Positions 61,039 through 64,000 of a DNA stretch of 64,000 nt are shown one piece after another. Position 1 is the first letter of the stretch. The number at the start of each line of letters is the position of its first letter. The notes beneath the pieces were generated by a model. It was not told the origin of the DNA. It saw only the letters and a program-made list of their open reading frames with translations, and made no database searches. Location of the stretch: positions 62,001 to 126,000 of the forward strand of contig FLMG01000549.1 in the NCBI GenBank assembly GCA_900088475.1, read 5' to 3'. The translations under genes and the position numbers were made by a program. This DNA comes from Hyphochytrium catenoides. Lineage: Eukaryota; Protista; Hyphochytriomycota.

Positions 61039-62530
61039 CTAGCCCCATTTTTTCCACGTCATACCATCTGGAGCGACTCTCTCCTCTTCATAGTCCTTCT
61101 CCTTAACTTCATTCCAGTTAGTTGACAGCACCGTGCCTCCTGATGTTTGCTGTTCAAAACATGTGATTCATGCAGATCGAACACAGAAAGGATGGAGAGA
61201 ATCTATGACTTACGAATGACTTGATCATTGCTCTCCTCGTATCTTCATTTGCTTTCGAGTAAATGTCCTTGAAGAGCTTCTGCAAAGCCTCTTCTCCTTC
61301 GGGCTTCTCTGCCTCCAGCTCCTTCTCTATCTCATGGTCTATGCGTTCCCAGTCGCGATGCGTGGCGTATGGACGCGGAAGAGCCGGTTGTGATCCCGCA
61401 CCAGCCCCAGAATCTGCTGCTTGAGATAGTGGTGACACTAAGTTGTTAAGCGGTTACTCCCATGTCTTTGCGAGAGTTACCTTTCCTGGCATTCCCCACA
61501 AGATCTGTCCAATGTTTGGGGCTAGATTTTTTGAGTCGTAGCTCTACCTTTAAGGGGGTGAAGCGGACAGTACTCTCTGAAGGTTTGATAGTGTCAAAAA
61601 GCCGAACACTTAGTGCCTTCACAAGTGCTCCATCCTTTGGAACCATCACCAAGACCTACGCCCGTCATCAGGTTAGGTGCCAGACAGGGAGAGTCACACG
61701 GATAGAGTCACTCACCGTATCTTCCTCAATTTCGACTTTAGACTCAGCCTCAGCGACGTTCTTCTGCAAAATGGACACAGTTACGACTGTGTCGCTCTGA
61801 TACCAATTATACCTACACCAGTCAGCGTTAGCGAACAAAATCAATGACGTGCCGCAAGTTGCGGAGCCCTACTTTATGGAGGATGGCAAGGAAGGCGCTG
61901 CGGGTGCCTTATTGGGTGGCTGCCTGCTGTTAGATGAAGCAGAAGGTGGCACAGAAGTGGGTGCGACTGGTGCTGCAGCTGCTCTCGCAGGAGCTGTGGT
62001 TGGGCCTAGATCTAGAGTGCTAAGTTAGATACCAAAGCTGTGGATATCTACAAAGAAGTTCAAACTTGCCTTCCAGTTCCGCATCACACTTCCGAATCCA
62101 CTTCCTTACACTAGCTTCCAGGGTCTTCTGACTAGCACTGGATGCGTCCCACGCCGTCACCTGGGCGAGTGAACTCTCAAAGGACGCCTTCGCTGATCTA
62201 TAGTTTTCTAATGAAAAAGCCGCAAGGCTGCGGGCACAAACAGATGTCAGGGATACGCCCTTAATGGTAAACCATGCATGCATACCCTTGTCGATAAAGA
62301 GTGAGGGTATCATTGGGAATTATTTTCAGGGCTTCGTCGCAATCCCGGAGGGCTTCTTCGTACAGCTGCGACTGAAGATATGCGGCCGCCCTTCTACTGT
62401 AAATGGCTGCATCAGCAGGCTGAAGTGAGCCGGAAAGGTTTGCTGTATAGTCCGCGATGGCTTCGTCATATCTGCCGTCAAGAGCCAGAGCGTCTCCACG
62501 GTAGTAAGGAATCTGCGTGCTGCCCTCCAT
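61039..62530 (-). CDS. SGT1: SGT1 co-chaperone (TPR + CS + SGS domains), multi-exon
   Basis: TPR ([30 protein letters not shown]); CS ([23 protein letters not shown]); SGS ([58 protein letters not shown]). Confidence 0.93.
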
Positions 62531-63261
62531 GATGGCAGTGGTGAAATGGGTCTCTTTCGATGGATGGGTGTCTTCTTCACGAATAACACACAGCTACGCA
62601 ACTAAGTAGCCTCACCTCTGGGGCAATGCCAATCTCACTTTTATCGTCCCCAGTGCGCTTCCCGATAAGCAGCAGCTATATGGAGATTTGTGACCCGGCG
62701 CCGCTGTGATCGCGACGGTTGAACAAGTCAAGAACGACCTCTGTCTACACTCTCATCCAGAGCTCAGTCATCAAAGGACAGGGAGGAGCTCTTACCTTCC
62801 AAGACAGAAAGAAAGAGCCTTGGATTTCTCGATGTTTCTCTTCCTTTCTCACAACTCCAGCAGAAGATCACCATGTGGATCTATGAGGATTGGTTACTAC
62901 ATCAAAAGGATTATGATCTTCCTGGTCAAGATCCAGCTGCTCTCACATCAGAACACATGCCAGAACCCAGAACCCACCCCAAACTCTTGAAGATCTCTAG
63001 GACTTGTAAGTTGCTGAGGTCGATTCTGCCACTGCAACAGCAAGCTCCGAGTAGCTTATGAAGAGTGGTTTAGAGTTGCCCTGCGATGCTAGCTTCACCT
63101 CTCAGCAACAGCGCCACAGCCAAGGGCGAGCATCATAGGTCTTGAAGCCTTGGTCCCATTATCTCCCCGGGAGGCTATGGCAGCCAGTAGTAGCCATCCC
63201 CAGCCAACGTCGAACCCCGACTTGAGTTACTACCAAACAGCAAGAAGCGTGAGAGTGGAGA

Positions 63262-64000
63262 ATGGGAAGATCTTCCAGTGGAGTGCCAGCTATCCTTGTT
63301 GGCTCTATCGCACTCCTTGCTGTATATACTTTGCATAGTTTCTTGACTGATTGGAATGTAAAGTCATCAATCTCCCGAGAGGACGAGGATGAAGAACAAG
63401 GAGCGGGGGCAAAAGAAGTCGAAGAGGCATCAAACACCGATCCTGCGGAGCCCCTCACTTTGGAAAGAGCTTCTGAAGCGCTAAAGGATGATGATCACGC
63501 ACTAGTGAAGGAAGCGCTCATGAGATTGGTCACGTTGTCCAGCTATGGTGAGCTCAAAAGCTAGCGGTTCTGCTTCCATAGGGCTTATGTACTAACACGA
63601 CGTGGTTTTAGTTAAGATACAGGAATATTTGAGGGACTCTGGACAGCTTGAGCAGCTGATACGTCTACAATCATCAACTGATATGACCATCTCATATAAT
63701 GCTGCTTGGGTGTTGGCTAACTGCACCATGAACGGTGAGTGCGATGTCGATTGAGTATCTTTCATACTGCTTAGGGTCGCACTGGTCAGCAAAAAGCCAA
63801 GCGTATCTTATGGAGCAGACGCCTTATGGCAAGAGCCTAATGAGGATCATATTGAAATATCCCCTGGACAGACGGCAACTTAGTCTTTCACCAGACAGTG
63901 AGCTGCTGAGAAAGAGAATGGAAATGGCACTTCGAGCCACAGGGAACCTCTGTATGACCGGTACTATTTTATAGACCTTCCTTCTCTATCTTTCGATGAG
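63262..64000 (+). CDS. Signal-anchored armadillo-repeat protein (ARMC10/Arm_2-like); 3' end outside the window
   Basis: N-terminal TM VPAILVGSIALLAVYTL, acidic linker, then ARM-like helices EALMRLVTLSSYVKIQEYLRDSGQLEQLIRL..SYNAAWVLANCTMNAKSQ..MALRATGNLCM. Confidence 0.65.

Overview
Gene-dense (~50% GC) eukaryotic nuclear DNA with many short GT-AG introns (mostly ~55-80 nt, CTAAC/CTGAC-type branch points). The gene content points to a stramenopile; this is inference, not a database result. About 22 protein-coding genes can be reconstructed by splicing by hand: RPF2, a TPR protein, a Zn-ribbon+PDZ protein, a phosphoglycerate dehydrogenase-phosphoserine aminotransferase (PGDH-ACT-PSAT) fusion, a second stand-alone PGDH transcribed head-to-head with it, CUL4, transketolase, a WDR25-like WD40 protein, a DRP1-like dynamin, AFG2/SPATA5, a kinase-EF-hand-2x cNMP protein, an R3H-SUZ protein, eIF3m, a membrane protein with a PARP-like domain, class I DAHP synthase, a GPI-anchored GH72, kinesin-6, ORMDL, a DIX-like protein, a bacterial-type cupin, SGT1 and a partial signal-anchored ARM protein. 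No rRNA, tRNA, CRISPR or intact transposon was seen. The most striking system is the divergent serine-biosynthesis pair at 5.0-13.4 kb. The fusion is hidden from the ORF track by 15 introns, and both genes carry mitochondrial-type presequences. Other highlights are a putative mitochondrial Ca2+/cyclic-nucleotide kinase, a membrane-bound ADP-ribosyltransferase-like protein, a DIX-like protein and a 123-nt hairpin. Exon boundaries were inferred by eye and need RNA-seq confirmation.
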